A stretch of 64,000 nt of DNA from a virus. Taxonomy: Duplodnaviria > Caudoviricetes. The DNA lies in IMG/VR virus record IMGVR_UViG_3300027996_003878; one strand, given 5' to 3'. Position 1 is the stretch's first letter. Each line of letters starts with the position of its first letter. Shown here one piece after another: positions 1-8,996 of this stretch. Below the pieces are notes generated by a model. It had not been told where the DNA came from and did no database searches. It worked only from the letters and a program-made list of their open reading frames with translations. The translations under genes were made by a program, and so were the position numbers.

Positions 1-643
1 GGTACGAGTTAAGTCCTCCAAGCTCACAGCGAATATTTCCGCCAATCAACTTACCAGTGCCAGTTTTAAATATTCCAACACCTAATCCAGCACCACCCGT
101 ACCCTCAATATTTATAGCCACAACAGAGCCTGTCCCAGCGTTATGAACAAGTCCAGCAAAAGCTCCAGCTGGAACTTTTATAGTAATCCCCTCAATCGCA
201 GAATCTGCTCCCATTGTAATAATATCAGCTGTCCCAGCATTATCGCCAATATCAGTGACAGTCCACCCTGATCCTCGAAGAAGCACGCCAGGCGGAACTA
301 AAAGGCCATCTTCCGTATATGTTCCCGGACGTACTTCTACTATGTCTCCAGCAGTAGCGATAGCCAAAGCTGCACCCACTGTAAGAAAAGGTAAGTCCTG
401 CCTGTCAGCTGCGCCAGTGGCATCATTCCCGTAGACGGAGTCTACCCAGATTGAATCTCCAGTAAAAGTTCCAGAAAAACTAGGGAATGCCTGGTAAGCG
501 CCGCCAAATGCTGAAACCTCCGCGTCGCCAGTTAATTGGTTTGCCCTAATCCTAACGCTAGTTGCAGATGAAACGGCTGCACTCTGACCGTCATCAAGCT
601 CAATTACCTCTGACCCTGAAGGCCCTTTCGTTGAGATAGCCAT
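1..643 (-). CDS. Partial (runs off the window) fibre/spike protein with a pectin-lyase-like beta-helix
   Basis: Not in the ORF track. Hand translation from ATG at 643 is open to position 1: MAISTKGPSG...IWVDSVYGNDATG...PFLTVGAALAIATAGDIVEVRPGTY, the typical N-cap of right-handed beta-helix proteins. GAGGT SD-like sequence upstream. Confidence 0.75.
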   Translation of the reverse strand, partial: MAISTKGPSGSEVIELDDGQSAAVSSATSVRIRANQLTGDAEVSAFGGAYQAFPSFSGTFTGDSIWVDSVYGNDATGAADRQDLPFLTVGAALAIATAGDIVEVRPGTYTEDGLLVPPGVLLRGSGWTVTDIGDNAGTADIITMGADSAIEGITIKVPAGAFAGLVHNAGTGSVVAINIEGTGGAGLGVGIFKTGTGKLIGGNIRCELGGLNSY

Positions 644-792
644 CACCTTACCTCGTAAATTCTAATTGGATGATCTTTTGGAAAAAAAAGCGTATACTTA
701 CCATCCCCAAGGACGAGTCTTACAATTGAATTAGGATTGGCAGCTCGGGCAGCGTCAAACTCATTAAGGTTTAATATATCAACAATATTCAT
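643..792 (-). CDS. Small hypothetical protein (49 aa)
   Basis: Hand-translated MNIVDILNLNEFDAARAANPNSIVRLVLGDGKYTLFFPKDHPIRIYEVR. It fills the gap exactly: ATG 2 nt after the stop of 795..2603, and its TGA overlaps the next ATG (TGATG). Confidence 0.7.
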   Translation of the reverse strand: MNIVDILNLNEFDAARAANPNSIVRLVLGDGKYTLFFPKDHPIRIYEVR

Positions 793-794
793 AC

Positions 795-2603
795 TCATAG
801 CTCACCTATAAAAGCTGCATGGCTAAAATCATTAGCTGGCAATCCCGCAAAGTCACTTTGTACGGAGCCAACAAGGACATCAGATAAAGCTGATCCAGCC
901 ACTTGAAATCGAGTTGTTGCAGGAACTTCAAATACCAAGACCCCACCAGATTGAACTTCTATAGCATGATCAAGCGAATTGCCAAGACCCCACACAATAC
1001 CAGAGCTTATCACCTCTATTGTTCCAAACTCTTCTGCACGAAGAACTCTTGCCGCCGCACCTAGACTAATCAAATCTAGAACGCACCATTCGCCGCTTAT
1101 TAAAACCTTACCTGAATCCGCAGCAGAAATCGCCTTATCAACAACTGGACCACCAGCTGCCTGCTGACCAATGTTTCTAGAAAAAACATTCAACCTTGCA
1201 GCAGAACTAGAAACTGGAGTAGCGGAAAGGAACCAATTTGCATATAAAGAAAGACTGCAATTAAGAATCTGCGGTCTATCTGTAGAGTTTATTTTCGAGG
1301 CATATACTCCATTACCAAATGTACCGCCCCCTTGATAAAACATTTGATTGCACTCAATATCACAATATGTAAACGATAACGTTCCTCCATATACTTGAAT
1401 TTGTACATCAAAACCCCCCGGACTACGTAAGGCGAGGTCTCGAAAATAAGTGAACCCATCATTGACTTGAGTTATTTTTCCCGTAATCGATGTTAAAGTA
1501 ACTACATCATAAGTATCAGTCACACTAGGATCCGACAAAACAAATGTTGTATCATCAAAAAAACCAGAATACCTAGCGGTTTTAGCAACAGGCTCTAAAG
1601 TTAACCATGAAGCAGCGCCAGCATTTGCTCCACTTGTTAAAACACAAAGATTTCCAATACCACCACTAGCAGTGAAACTTACAGGCAAGGCTGCATCGTC
1701 AAAAGTACCTGCCGTAGTGCCGGTCACCCAAGGCGTTACTCCTGTAACACTACCAGAAAAAACCACAGTACGCTGCCCCTTATAGGTTATTGACCCATAC
1801 GGAGTAACTTGAGATACAGAAGCTGTGTTTTCAATGTCACCTACATAGTTAGAGGTGAATGTTACAGTCATATCTACTTCAAGAGGCTGATCTTGATCAG
1901 CAATACGTCTTTGAAATTCTTCATGACTAGCTAAAGCAGTTACAGCAGTGTTTCCGTCATTTTCATCGTCACCAGCTGCTTGATCAATAAACCAAGATGA
2001 TTGTTGACGCCAAGACAAGTGACTCTGAACCATTCTAATCCAACGACCAATACCCCCACTCGCTGTAATTACCGTAATCCCATCATCAACAAGAGTTGAC
2101 GTTTTATCTAGATACCACAGATCTCTAACAGATCTCATTGAAACAACAGAGCCATCATCAAGAGCTGCAATGCTAAGAGAACCTAACGCCATAACATTAG
2201 CAACAGCTAACAACGGCAGTGTAGTTGGCACCGGACCACCACCGCCGCCAGTAAATTGAGTAAATGTTAAAGGTGTAACCCCAACATCAATAGGATCAGG
2301 CGTTGATAGGTAATACAACTGACCTGCCTGCGTTCCCTCATTGCAAATTACCGCAAACCCAGATGTAACCAAGGCATTCGTACCAGCGTCAGGAGCCCTT
2401 CTCCAAGCACCAGCTGAAGCTAAGTAAACCCCATTTTCCACAGGATCAAGCTGATCTTTTAATAAGATCCTATCACCAGCAGCAGTAGGAACTCCATCTA
2501 CAGCAATTAAACCTCCCGTAGCAATATCTATATTGCCAGTAGAAGCAAGCCTAACGCTGTCCTTCCAGTCAATAGTACCAGGTATTCTTCCAAATGAAGA
2601 CAT
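795..2603 (-). CDS. Fibre protein (head or tail fibre), multi-domain
   Basis: N-terminal WKDSVRLASTGNI...DGV...GDRILLKDQ...ENGVY...W.RA.D module common in phage fibre proteins, a GGGGGP linker, then beta-rich domains ending in a beta-helix-like region. Confidence 0.7.
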   Translation of the reverse strand: MSSFGRIPGTIDWKDSVRLASTGNIDIATGGLIAVDGVPTAAGDRILLKDQLDPVENGVYLASAGAWRRAPDAGTNALVTSGFAVICNEGTQAGQLYYLSTPDPIDVGVTPLTFTQFTGGGGGPVPTTLPLLAVANVMALGSLSIAALDDGSVVSMRSVRDLWYLDKTSTLVDDGITVITASGGIGRWIRMVQSHLSWRQQSSWFIDQAAGDDENDGNTAVTALASHEEFQRRIADQDQPLEVDMTVTFTSNYVGDIENTASVSQVTPYGSITYKGQRTVVFSGSVTGVTPWVTGTTAGTFDDAALPVSFTASGGIGNLCVLTSGANAGAASWLTLEPVAKTARYSGFFDDTTFVLSDPSVTDTYDVVTLTSITGKITQVNDGFTYFRDLALRSPGGFDVQIQVYGGTLSFTYCDIECNQMFYQGGGTFGNGVYASKINSTDRPQILNCSLSLYANWFLSATPVSSSAARLNVFSRNIGQQAAGGPVVDKAISAADSGKVLISGEWCVLDLISLGAAARVLRAEEFGTIEVISSGIVWGLGNSLDHAIEVQSGGVLVFEVPATTRFQVAGSALSDVLVGSVQSDFAGLPANDFSHAAFIGEL

Positions 2604-2909
2604 TTACATTTGACTCCATGCTTCTACCCTAACAATCTGACCTGGCGTTCTAGCGCGGAACCAAATAAAACTAACTCTACGGTTATCAAAAAATATAGCA
2701 CCAGTTGATGTTCCAGGGGTCAAATCACCATGCAAGACATTCCCATTAAACGAATACTCAACAATATCGTTCCCCTCATTTACTAATGAAAATGAAACTT
2801 GGTACTTAATATCAAATATAATATTCGCTTCATTAGGGAAATTAGGTGTATTAACAGTAACTTTTCTAAAAAAATTAAAATCTGCACCTTGATTTATTTT
2901 ACCAACCAT
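2604..2909 (-). CDS. Small beta-rich putative virion protein (possible fibre adaptor)
   Basis: 101 aa, alternating-hydrophobic beta pattern, abuts the fibre gene, first gene after the MCP terminator. Confidence 0.5.
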   Translation of the reverse strand: MVGKINQGADFNFFRKVTVNTPNFPNEANIIFDIKYQVSFSLVNEGNDIVEYSFNGNVLHGDLTPGTSTGAIFFDNRRVSFIWFRARTPGQIVRVEAWSQM

Positions 2910-2940
2910 AAGTAATTCCTTGCTACTTAGCCACCTAAAT

Positions 2941-2959
2941 ATATGGTTACTAATTAGTA
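2941..2959 (-). promoter_or_regulatory. Putative late promoter motif TACTAAT-N7-CATA
   Basis: Minus strand reads TACTAATTAGTAACCATAT, about 30 nt upstream of the 2909 start. Similar motifs precede other structural units. Confidence 0.4.
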
Positions 2960-3018
2960 TATAAATATCGACAAACGGTAAGGGTTATTGTAAATAATAT
3001 TAAGAGGTTGAGGTAAAT

Positions 3019-3050
3019 AAAAAAGCCCTCTCGAATGAGAGGGCTTTTTT
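3019..3050 (-). terminator. Rho-independent terminator after the major capsid gene
   Basis: aaaaaagccctctc-gaat-gagagggctttttt: perfect stem with A/T tracts on both sides. Confidence 0.9.
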
Positions 3051-3071
3051 ATCTATTTAACTTAATTGATA

Positions 3072-4076
3072 TTAAGCAACAGACTTGTTGCCACGAGCAA
3101 CACCACGCGGGTTGGTGATGCCAATGCCAATGATTTCGCTGACAACCCAGCCAAGCTTAAGCTGCTTAGGCTCATCAGCCGGAAGGACCTCAATGTCCTG
3201 ACGAACAGGCATAACACCAACGAACTCAGGGTCAGCGCAAGCGTAAACAGTTCCAGGCGGAACAATCTTGCTAACCATGATGTCAGAGCCCCAAACGTGA
3301 GCATAAAGGCCGGTCTGAAGGATCTCGCGCTGCGTGACAGGATCAACCTCGCCACCGCCGGCACCCTGGCCACCGCCGGAAGCCCAGTTAAGGATATCAG
3401 TGAACTCGTTGATGTTCATGAAGAACTTGCTGGTGACAAGGTCCCAGCGATCAACTTGCTGCTTAAGCTCAACAAGATCGCGCTTAAGCATACCACCGTC
3501 AGCGATATCCTGACTTGTATTCTCAACGTCAGCAGCTGCATCGATAGCGGCGAAAACGTTTGCATCCTCTTGTGCCATGATCTCCTGACGAGCCTTCTGA
3601 ACTGCGCGGTCGATGACGTTAAAGCGGCGACGCTTGACCTCAGCGATACGAACAGTGGGGTTTGAGTAAAGCTCAAACTCAGGAACCGTAACACGATCAC
3701 CGAAAACTCGGCTCTCAGGACCCGTGCCATTGCTTGAAACAACAACAGCCGCAACATCAATATCACGATCATAAACAGGAAGGGCGCCTTGCGGTAACGG
3801 ATCGACTACAAGTGCTCTACGAGCAATTCCCTGATAATCTAGGTTTCGACGGATGGGGTTAGCCATTGCCTGAGCAAGAGCAACCTTGCCCTCATGAGTC
3901 ATGATAGCGCGTGAAATTAACTCATCACGCTGCTCAGCATTAAGGCCAGGCTGACCTGCGAGTGCAAGATTTGAGGGCGCATTGTCCTCTAAAATTGCAG
4001 CATACTTAGTAAGAGTCGTAAGCGCGTCCTTTAATGAGGAAGCGTTTAACTCTCCTTTTGAATTAAACATTGACAT
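3072..4076 (-). CDS. Major capsid protein (HK97 fold)
   Basis: 334 aa. Pattern PIRRNLDYQGIARRAL.VDPLPQGALPVYDRD...FEL.SNPTV.I.EVK.RRFNVIDR...ARQEIMAQED is typical of large-phage MCPs. High-GC codons, followed by a strong terminator and preceded by a cement gene. Confidence 0.88.
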   Translation of the reverse strand: MSMFNSKGELNASSLKDALTTLTKYAAILEDNAPSNLALAGQPGLNAEQRDELISRAIMTHEGKVALAQAMANPIRRNLDYQGIARRALVVDPLPQGALPVYDRDIDVAAVVVSSNGTGPESRVFGDRVTVPEFELYSNPTVRIAEVKRRRFNVIDRAVQKARQEIMAQEDANVFAAIDAAADVENTSQDIADGGMLKRDLVELKQQVDRWDLVTSKFFMNINEFTDILNWASGGGQGAGGGEVDPVTQREILQTGLYAHVWGSDIMVSKIVPPGTVYACADPEFVGVMPVRQDIEVLPADEPKQLKLGWVVSEIIGIGITNPRGVARGNKSVA

Positions 4077-4231
4077 AATTTTTTTTACTCCAAAGTGAAG
4101 AGGTTACCTGCCTAAGCCAGTACCCTCGATTTATATGTTTAGAAGGCAGAGGCCTGCTATTCACAGGCCCCTTACCATGCTTAACTAATAAGTTAAGAAA
4201 CTAAGCAAACTAAATAAGCTAAAATTATAGC

Positions 4232-4909
4232 TTAAAGCTCAGGATTCCAGTGGAATATAGCCTCGACAAATTGCGCCGCCGGAGCTGCTGCGCCCGGAGG
4301 AGAATTTTGCGCCTGAGTAAGGCTAAGAGGTGTTGTAACCAAAGAGCCGCTTGTAGCGAACTCAATGAAACGACCAAGAACAACAACCTCGAATGCGCTA
4401 CCTGCATCGGGGGTCAAAAGACCAGCAGCTGTTGCGAAAAGCGGGTCTCCACCAGCAAGAGCCGGGTTCGTGGGAAGAAGGCCACTATTGACCGTTGTAT
4501 CACAAGCATCCAATGTAACAGCATAAAGACCGGGCTTGTCCCAAAGAGTCCACTTACCAGAAGCTGTAGCTGTGTGCGGACCAAGAGCAGCACCGCCAGT
4601 TACGGTACGACCAGCGAGACCACCAACAACCTCACCAAACAATGTGCCATAATTTGTTGCACCGTCATCAGTGAGGAACAGCGGACGAGCGCCACCTGCC
4701 AATGTAGTCGTAGCAACAGGGCGGGTGTTATTTGATGCAACATAACCGTCCTCGATATCTGAAGCAGCTTCGTCTGTGCCGCCTGATGCAAGAGTTGCAA
4801 CAAAATCAAGAGTTGCAACCTCACCACCAAGGATAGTATTTGTCTGAGCGTCAAGCGCGTCAAACTGACCAAGAGGCTGAATACCGGGGTTTAAAATTCT
4901 TAAAGCCAT
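4232..4909 (-). CDS. Capsid cement/decoration protein (paralog 1)
   Basis: 225 aa, Gly/Ala/Thr-rich, immediately upstream of the MCP. Shares MxRIxxxG..P..F.D, P.x.xDD, ASG[KR].T.W and LF....GLLT with 12208..12900. Confidence 0.6.
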   Translation of the reverse strand: MALRILNPGIQPLGQFDALDAQTNTILGGEVATLDFVATLASGGTDEAASDIEDGYVASNNTRPVATTTLAGGARPLFLTDDGATNYGTLFGEVVGGLAGRTVTGGAALGPHTATASGKWTLWDKPGLYAVTLDACDTTVNSGLLPTNPALAGGDPLFATAAGLLTPDAGSAFEVVVLGRFIEFATSGSLVTTPLSLTQAQNSPPGAAAPAAQFVEAIFHWNPEL

Positions 4910-5008
4910 ATCAATTCCTTTTTTTAGTACGTTAGTGTACTAATTATTTTGTTTCTTTCTTTCATCTAAGTCTTACGATATATCAATGAGAATAAAAATT
5001 TCTCATTA

Positions 5009-5027
5009 TTATGAGCGTTTATTAGTA
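5009..5027 (-). promoter_or_regulatory. Putative late promoter for the cement-MCP unit
   Basis: Minus strand TACTAATAAACGCTCATAA. The 14-mer TTACTAATAAACGC recurs exactly at 11747..11760. Confidence 0.45.
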
Positions 5028-5070
5028 ATAACAACAGCTTTCAATATCAAATTGAATTTATTATATAAAT

Positions 5071-6609
5071 TTATACGTTATTGGCTCTAGCATCTTGTAG
5101 ATGCTTATCAATTTTATTAGAATTTTTTCTTGCATTTTCAATACTGGGAGAAATATCCAATGATAAATTAAACTTATTATTAGCCAAATTAACTGCTTTG
5201 CTAGTTATTGGACCCCAAATCCCATCTACCACCAATCCTCTTGAAGAGTCTGCATCCAGCTTACGAAGAGCCCCCTGCATTCTCCTTATTTCAGGCCCTC
5301 TAGGCATTACAGATCTTTGAGAAACCATTCGAGGGGGCGCAGGAGAGGGCGCAGACTGAGATTCTCCATATTGGGTATATCCAGGAACACGACTAATAGC
5401 TGCATACATCTTAGGATTATTTAAAAGATCTTTAAGAGTAGTTTCTTTAACAGTTCCATCAGGATACTTTACAGTAACTTTTTTTGAAGCATATCTAGCG
5501 CCATGACTATAATCATAATACATATCAGTATCATGATACGTTTGCATTGACGGCTGTAAAGGCTGCCCTTGCGGCGTTTTCCAGCCTGATAGCCTCAACT
5601 TATTAGGCGAATCTGTTGCATGCTGCTTAGTAACAGTTTTCATATGCCCTGCTACTAAATCATTACCACTTCCCACTTGCTGATTGATAGTTCTATTGTA
5701 TTGATCAATCGCATCAGGGTGCATCATTATGGGGTAGCCATCTTTAGTTTTAGATACAACATCTTGAGCTGAATATCTTTGACCGTCAATAGTGACACCG
5801 CTTCCGCTAAGAGGCTTGGGCTGAAGCTTCCTTGCCTTTTCCCATATATCATCTACCATTTTATCAGTGGGAATTTCCATATCAAATTCTTGCCCAATTT
5901 TCTCTGCTGTAACTCCTGATAACTGCAATCTTTTTCTTCCATCTGGAGTATCAATATAAAGAAAATCAGGAGTTACATGATAGGTAATTTCACTACCGCC
6001 AGGTCCTTTAGTTGTAACTGGCACAAGCTGCTCTTTAAGCTGTCTTTGAACTTGATCGCGAATAGCTTTATTTTTTAATACAGAATTAACAATAAAGTCT
6101 TCTCTATTTTTGCCCGGAGGTATTTTACCAAGATACTTGGAAAACTCCTTTGGCGTTAATTGAGAAAGCTCTGGTTTTTTTGGCTCTGGCGCCTTTGGTT
6201 TGGCTTCAGGTTCATCTTTTTCTTGCATATCTGGCTGCTGGGCGCTTGGCTGCTTTAAAAGCACCTTTTCCTCAGTCTCGTCGCTAAACCAACCTGTTAC
6301 AGTATCTTTTATACCTTCCCACCAACCATCGTTAACATCAACGTGATTCACATCTTTACCCGAAGCCGGAGGAAGAGTTACAATATAAGAAGGGAATCTT
6401 GGTCTTTCAAAGTCTCTAGAGTCAGCAGGAACGACCATTTGCATAGCAGACGGATGATCCCATCTCGTGGGCATATCCATAAATTGAGATTTTCTCTCAA
6501 TTTTTTCATAAGCGGCACGAAGCAAAGCCTTTCGACTACAAGAGCAAAATTTATACTTCTCTAGGAGCCTGCTTAGCGCTATCTTTCTTATCTCGGATTT
6601 CACCTTCAA
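5071..6609 (-). CDS. Putative virion protein: uncharacterised AGH..K/DYSHG domain plus C-terminal peptidoglycan-binding domain
   Basis: Central IPTDKMVDDIW...LVAGHMK...GWKTPQGQPLQP...H...YYDYSHG. C-terminal GPEIRRMQGAL...VDGIWGPITSKAV (PG_binding_1-like). Confidence 0.6.
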   Translation of the reverse strand: MKVKSEIRKIALSRLLEKYKFCSCSRKALLRAAYEKIERKSQFMDMPTRWDHPSAMQMVVPADSRDFERPRFPSYIVTLPPASGKDVNHVDVNDGWWEGIKDTVTGWFSDETEEKVLLKQPSAQQPDMQEKDEPEAKPKAPEPKKPELSQLTPKEFSKYLGKIPPGKNREDFIVNSVLKNKAIRDQVQRQLKEQLVPVTTKGPGGSEITYHVTPDFLYIDTPDGRKRLQLSGVTAEKIGQEFDMEIPTDKMVDDIWEKARKLQPKPLSGSGVTIDGQRYSAQDVVSKTKDGYPIMMHPDAIDQYNRTINQQVGSGNDLVAGHMKTVTKQHATDSPNKLRLSGWKTPQGQPLQPSMQTYHDTDMYYDYSHGARYASKKVTVKYPDGTVKETTLKDLLNNPKMYAAISRVPGYTQYGESQSAPSPAPPRMVSQRSVMPRGPEIRRMQGALRKLDADSSRGLVVDGIWGPITSKAVNLANNKFNLSLDISPSIENARKNSNKIDKHLQDARANNV

Positions 6610-7860
6610 CTAGCCTATAAGCCTTTTAGTTGCTGCATCAAAGTCTGATCCCTTCATCTTCTTCTTTTTATCTTCTTCTTTTTTATCTTCTTGCATACTT
6701 TTTTTCAAAGAAGATGTATTTTCTTTTAATTGTTTCAATTGTTTTTTTAGCTCACTTAGTCCGGCCGATTCGCGCAGCATTGACTTTTTCAATGGACCAC
6801 AAGCGTTTACAATATCATCAAGCTCAGTGCCGGGAAGCAAAAAACTTGTAAGCATTTTCCACTTACTATCTTCATGTTCTTTAATCATTCCTTCTACAAT
6901 TTGACAGTACGCGCTTAGCTTTTTTTGATTTGACGTTAAATTATCTTTATAAACATCAAAAAACTTCAAAAGATCATCTACTACCTTTGGATCAACTAAA
7001 ACAGTAATAGCTCTTTCGTCTTGACTTTGCAAAGACGCCCCCATTGCATTTCGAAGCTTCATTCGCATACGCGAAGCCTCTTCAGCCTGCTCTTTAATAG
7101 AGCCAGCAAGCTCAGAAAAATCAAACAAGGCTTGCTTATCATCATCACTTAATTTTGTTATCTCAATGTATTCAGTAAGCTTGTCATCAATCTCTTCCTT
7201 CAGCTCAGTGGCATCTTTAATTACCCCTGCACTAAGCTTAAGGGTATTTTCAACAGCTGATTTTGCGCTCCATAAGCCAAACAGCCAAGCGCCAAGTCTA
7301 GTCGCTGCGCCAGTTCTTACCGCCCACTTTGGCACTTCTTTGAGAGCCACTCCTGTGAAAAGCCTGGCTAAGAGGCTCAGCAGCGCTCCCGGATTAGCTT
7401 GCTTCGTTATTTTATTTGACTTGACACGAGCTAATTTGGAAGCGCAATCATCTGCGAGCTTCATCATTTCATATTCATCATTACGATCTAAAAGAAAAGC
7501 TGACTTTATTAACTCGTTCATTAAATCATTCTTAGCATGAACATAACGACGCTGAACAAGCAAACCATCATTAGGCTTAGATACAATGTCGCAAATGATA
7601 TTTTGACGCTCTAAATTGTTTTCAACCAAACCATTCACTCTATCATAAGCGGGCGCAACAATAGCAGGATTTGGATGAGCTTGCTCCATGATATGCTCCT
7701 CCTCTCCATTAGGTTGAACTCCATAAAGAGCTTCTACAGTAGAAATTTCATACCGAGATGTCTCTTCATCATAAGCTTTTTTAACATTGCTTGTATCAAT
7801 AAGACCTTGCTCTTTCGCAATTTCAGTATAAAGTTCAAAAATTTCACTATAAGGATTCAT
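6610..7860 (-). CDS. Hypothetical head-region protein with AHP module, hydrophobic segment and coiled coil
   Basis: 416 aa, operonic packing. IMEQAHP motif; KKA, KLA and KQA sites; amphipathic NPGALLSLLARLFTG...LGAWLFGLW. Confidence 0.75.
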   Translation of the reverse strand: MNPYSEIFELYTEIAKEQGLIDTSNVKKAYDEETSRYEISTVEALYGVQPNGEEEHIMEQAHPNPAIVAPAYDRVNGLVENNLERQNIICDIVSKPNDGLLVQRRYVHAKNDLMNELIKSAFLLDRNDEYEMMKLADDCASKLARVKSNKITKQANPGALLSLLARLFTGVALKEVPKWAVRTGAATRLGAWLFGLWSAKSAVENTLKLSAGVIKDATELKEEIDDKLTEYIEITKLSDDDKQALFDFSELAGSIKEQAEEASRMRMKLRNAMGASLQSQDERAITVLVDPKVVDDLLKFFDVYKDNLTSNQKKLSAYCQIVEGMIKEHEDSKWKMLTSFLLPGTELDDIVNACGPLKKSMLRESAGLSELKKQLKQLKENTSSLKKSMQEDKKEEDKKKKMKGSDFDAATKRLIG

Positions 7861-7880
7861 TTTATTTCCTACTATTGTTA

Positions 7881-8981
7881 TTATTTTATATTTCTTAAAA
7901 CTTCTTCTGCCGCATCTTCAGCAAATTCATCTACAACCTGCTTTATTGAATTAAATCCAATAGGCATCTCAATTTCCGTACTATTTATCCTATTTGCCCT
8001 GTCAAGTTTAGATGCAATATCTTTATAAGATGCAACGTTATTTATATTCCAATCATTCATATGACGCGCAAATGCCGGATAAACCGATTGAAGCCAATTC
8101 AGAAGGGTTTCATCTACATCGTTATAGATTAGCTCTACAGCCCAAGCCGTTTCACTATTATTGGTAAATCTTTTTTGACCCCAACCAGTTGTCCGAAGAA
8201 TATCTTGAACATCATGTTGTGTGATCTTTTTTGTCGGGTCGTAGCCTGCACCAGGAACTAAAGTTGCACCAGGAGCTAACGTCTTACCGGGGGCAGGTTT
8301 GTCTTTTTTGAAATAATCATACAGCTTAATTACACCTACTGTTCCGACTACAACGCCTGATAAAATCAAAGCTGTTTTTAGCGCCCATGCAAGAGCGCCT
8401 GCAAAAAACAATCTAATCTTACCAGCATTTCTTGGCCTCATTGAGGGGCCAAAAAGACCCTTAAGCCGAGCCCAGAGACCTTTGCGTCCTTGTTTAGTAA
8501 TTACTAAACTAAGGTCACTTGTACTAGCTGCACTTATAGATCCAGCGCCAGCAAAAGCAGCATCTCTTGCTGCTTGATCAAGCTCAGATCTTGAAATCTT
8601 TTCACCTTTTTCGAGCTTTGGCCCTAGTCTACCAACGAAACTATTGTAAACTTTTAAAAAATTTACGCCGAGCCCTTTTTCAACAGCAAGGTACAATCCA
8701 AATAATAAAGGATTTAATCTAAAAAGAAGAGTAGGCGCCATCAAACTAATTAAACTAACTACTGGCTGATCTTTATTTACATTATTTTTAATATGATTTG
8801 ATATCGCGCTTTTCCAAGAATCAAGGCGAAGTTTGTCCGTCAAACTAGCATTCTTTACAAGATAGTAATCTTGTAAAGAATCAAAATCATTTACAACAGC
8901 CAAAGCTGCACACTTAAGCTCTGACTTTCTGGATTTGACGATATTAGACATAAAAATAAAATTAAACAGCTTTATCCACAA
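7881..8981 (-). CDS. Hypothetical head-region protein with hydrophobic helices (probable start about 8951, MSNIVK)
   Basis: 366 aa ORF. Hydrophobic stretches LLFRLNPLLFGLYLAV and LFFAGALAWALKTALILSGVVVGTVGVI. Confidence 0.75.
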   Translation of the reverse strand: MWIKLFNFIFMSNIVKSRKSELKCAALAVVNDFDSLQDYYLVKNASLTDKLRLDSWKSAISNHIKNNVNKDQPVVSLISLMAPTLLFRLNPLLFGLYLAVEKGLGVNFLKVYNSFVGRLGPKLEKGEKISRSELDQAARDAAFAGAGSISAASTSDLSLVITKQGRKGLWARLKGLFGPSMRPRNAGKIRLFFAGALAWALKTALILSGVVVGTVGVIKLYDYFKKDKPAPGKTLAPGATLVPGAGYDPTKKITQHDVQDILRTTGWGQKRFTNNSETAWAVELIYNDVDETLLNWLQSVYPAFARHMNDWNINNVASYKDIASKLDRANRINSTEIEMPIGFNSIKQVVDEFAEDAAEEVLRNIK

Positions 8982-8996
8982 ATTTTTGAATTGTCA

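Noticed and set aside
3072-4076. Encapsulin interpretation of the HK97-fold gene
   Set aside because: Portal, terminase, protease-scaffold and cement genes in canonical order indicate a true phage capsid.
3062-4872. Overlapping ORFs 3062..3373, 3066..3665 (+), 3416..3772, 4225..4407, 4250..4735 (+) and 4600..4872
   Set aside because: Alternate-frame or antisense shadows of the GC-rich MCP and cement genes, with no motifs or RBS support.
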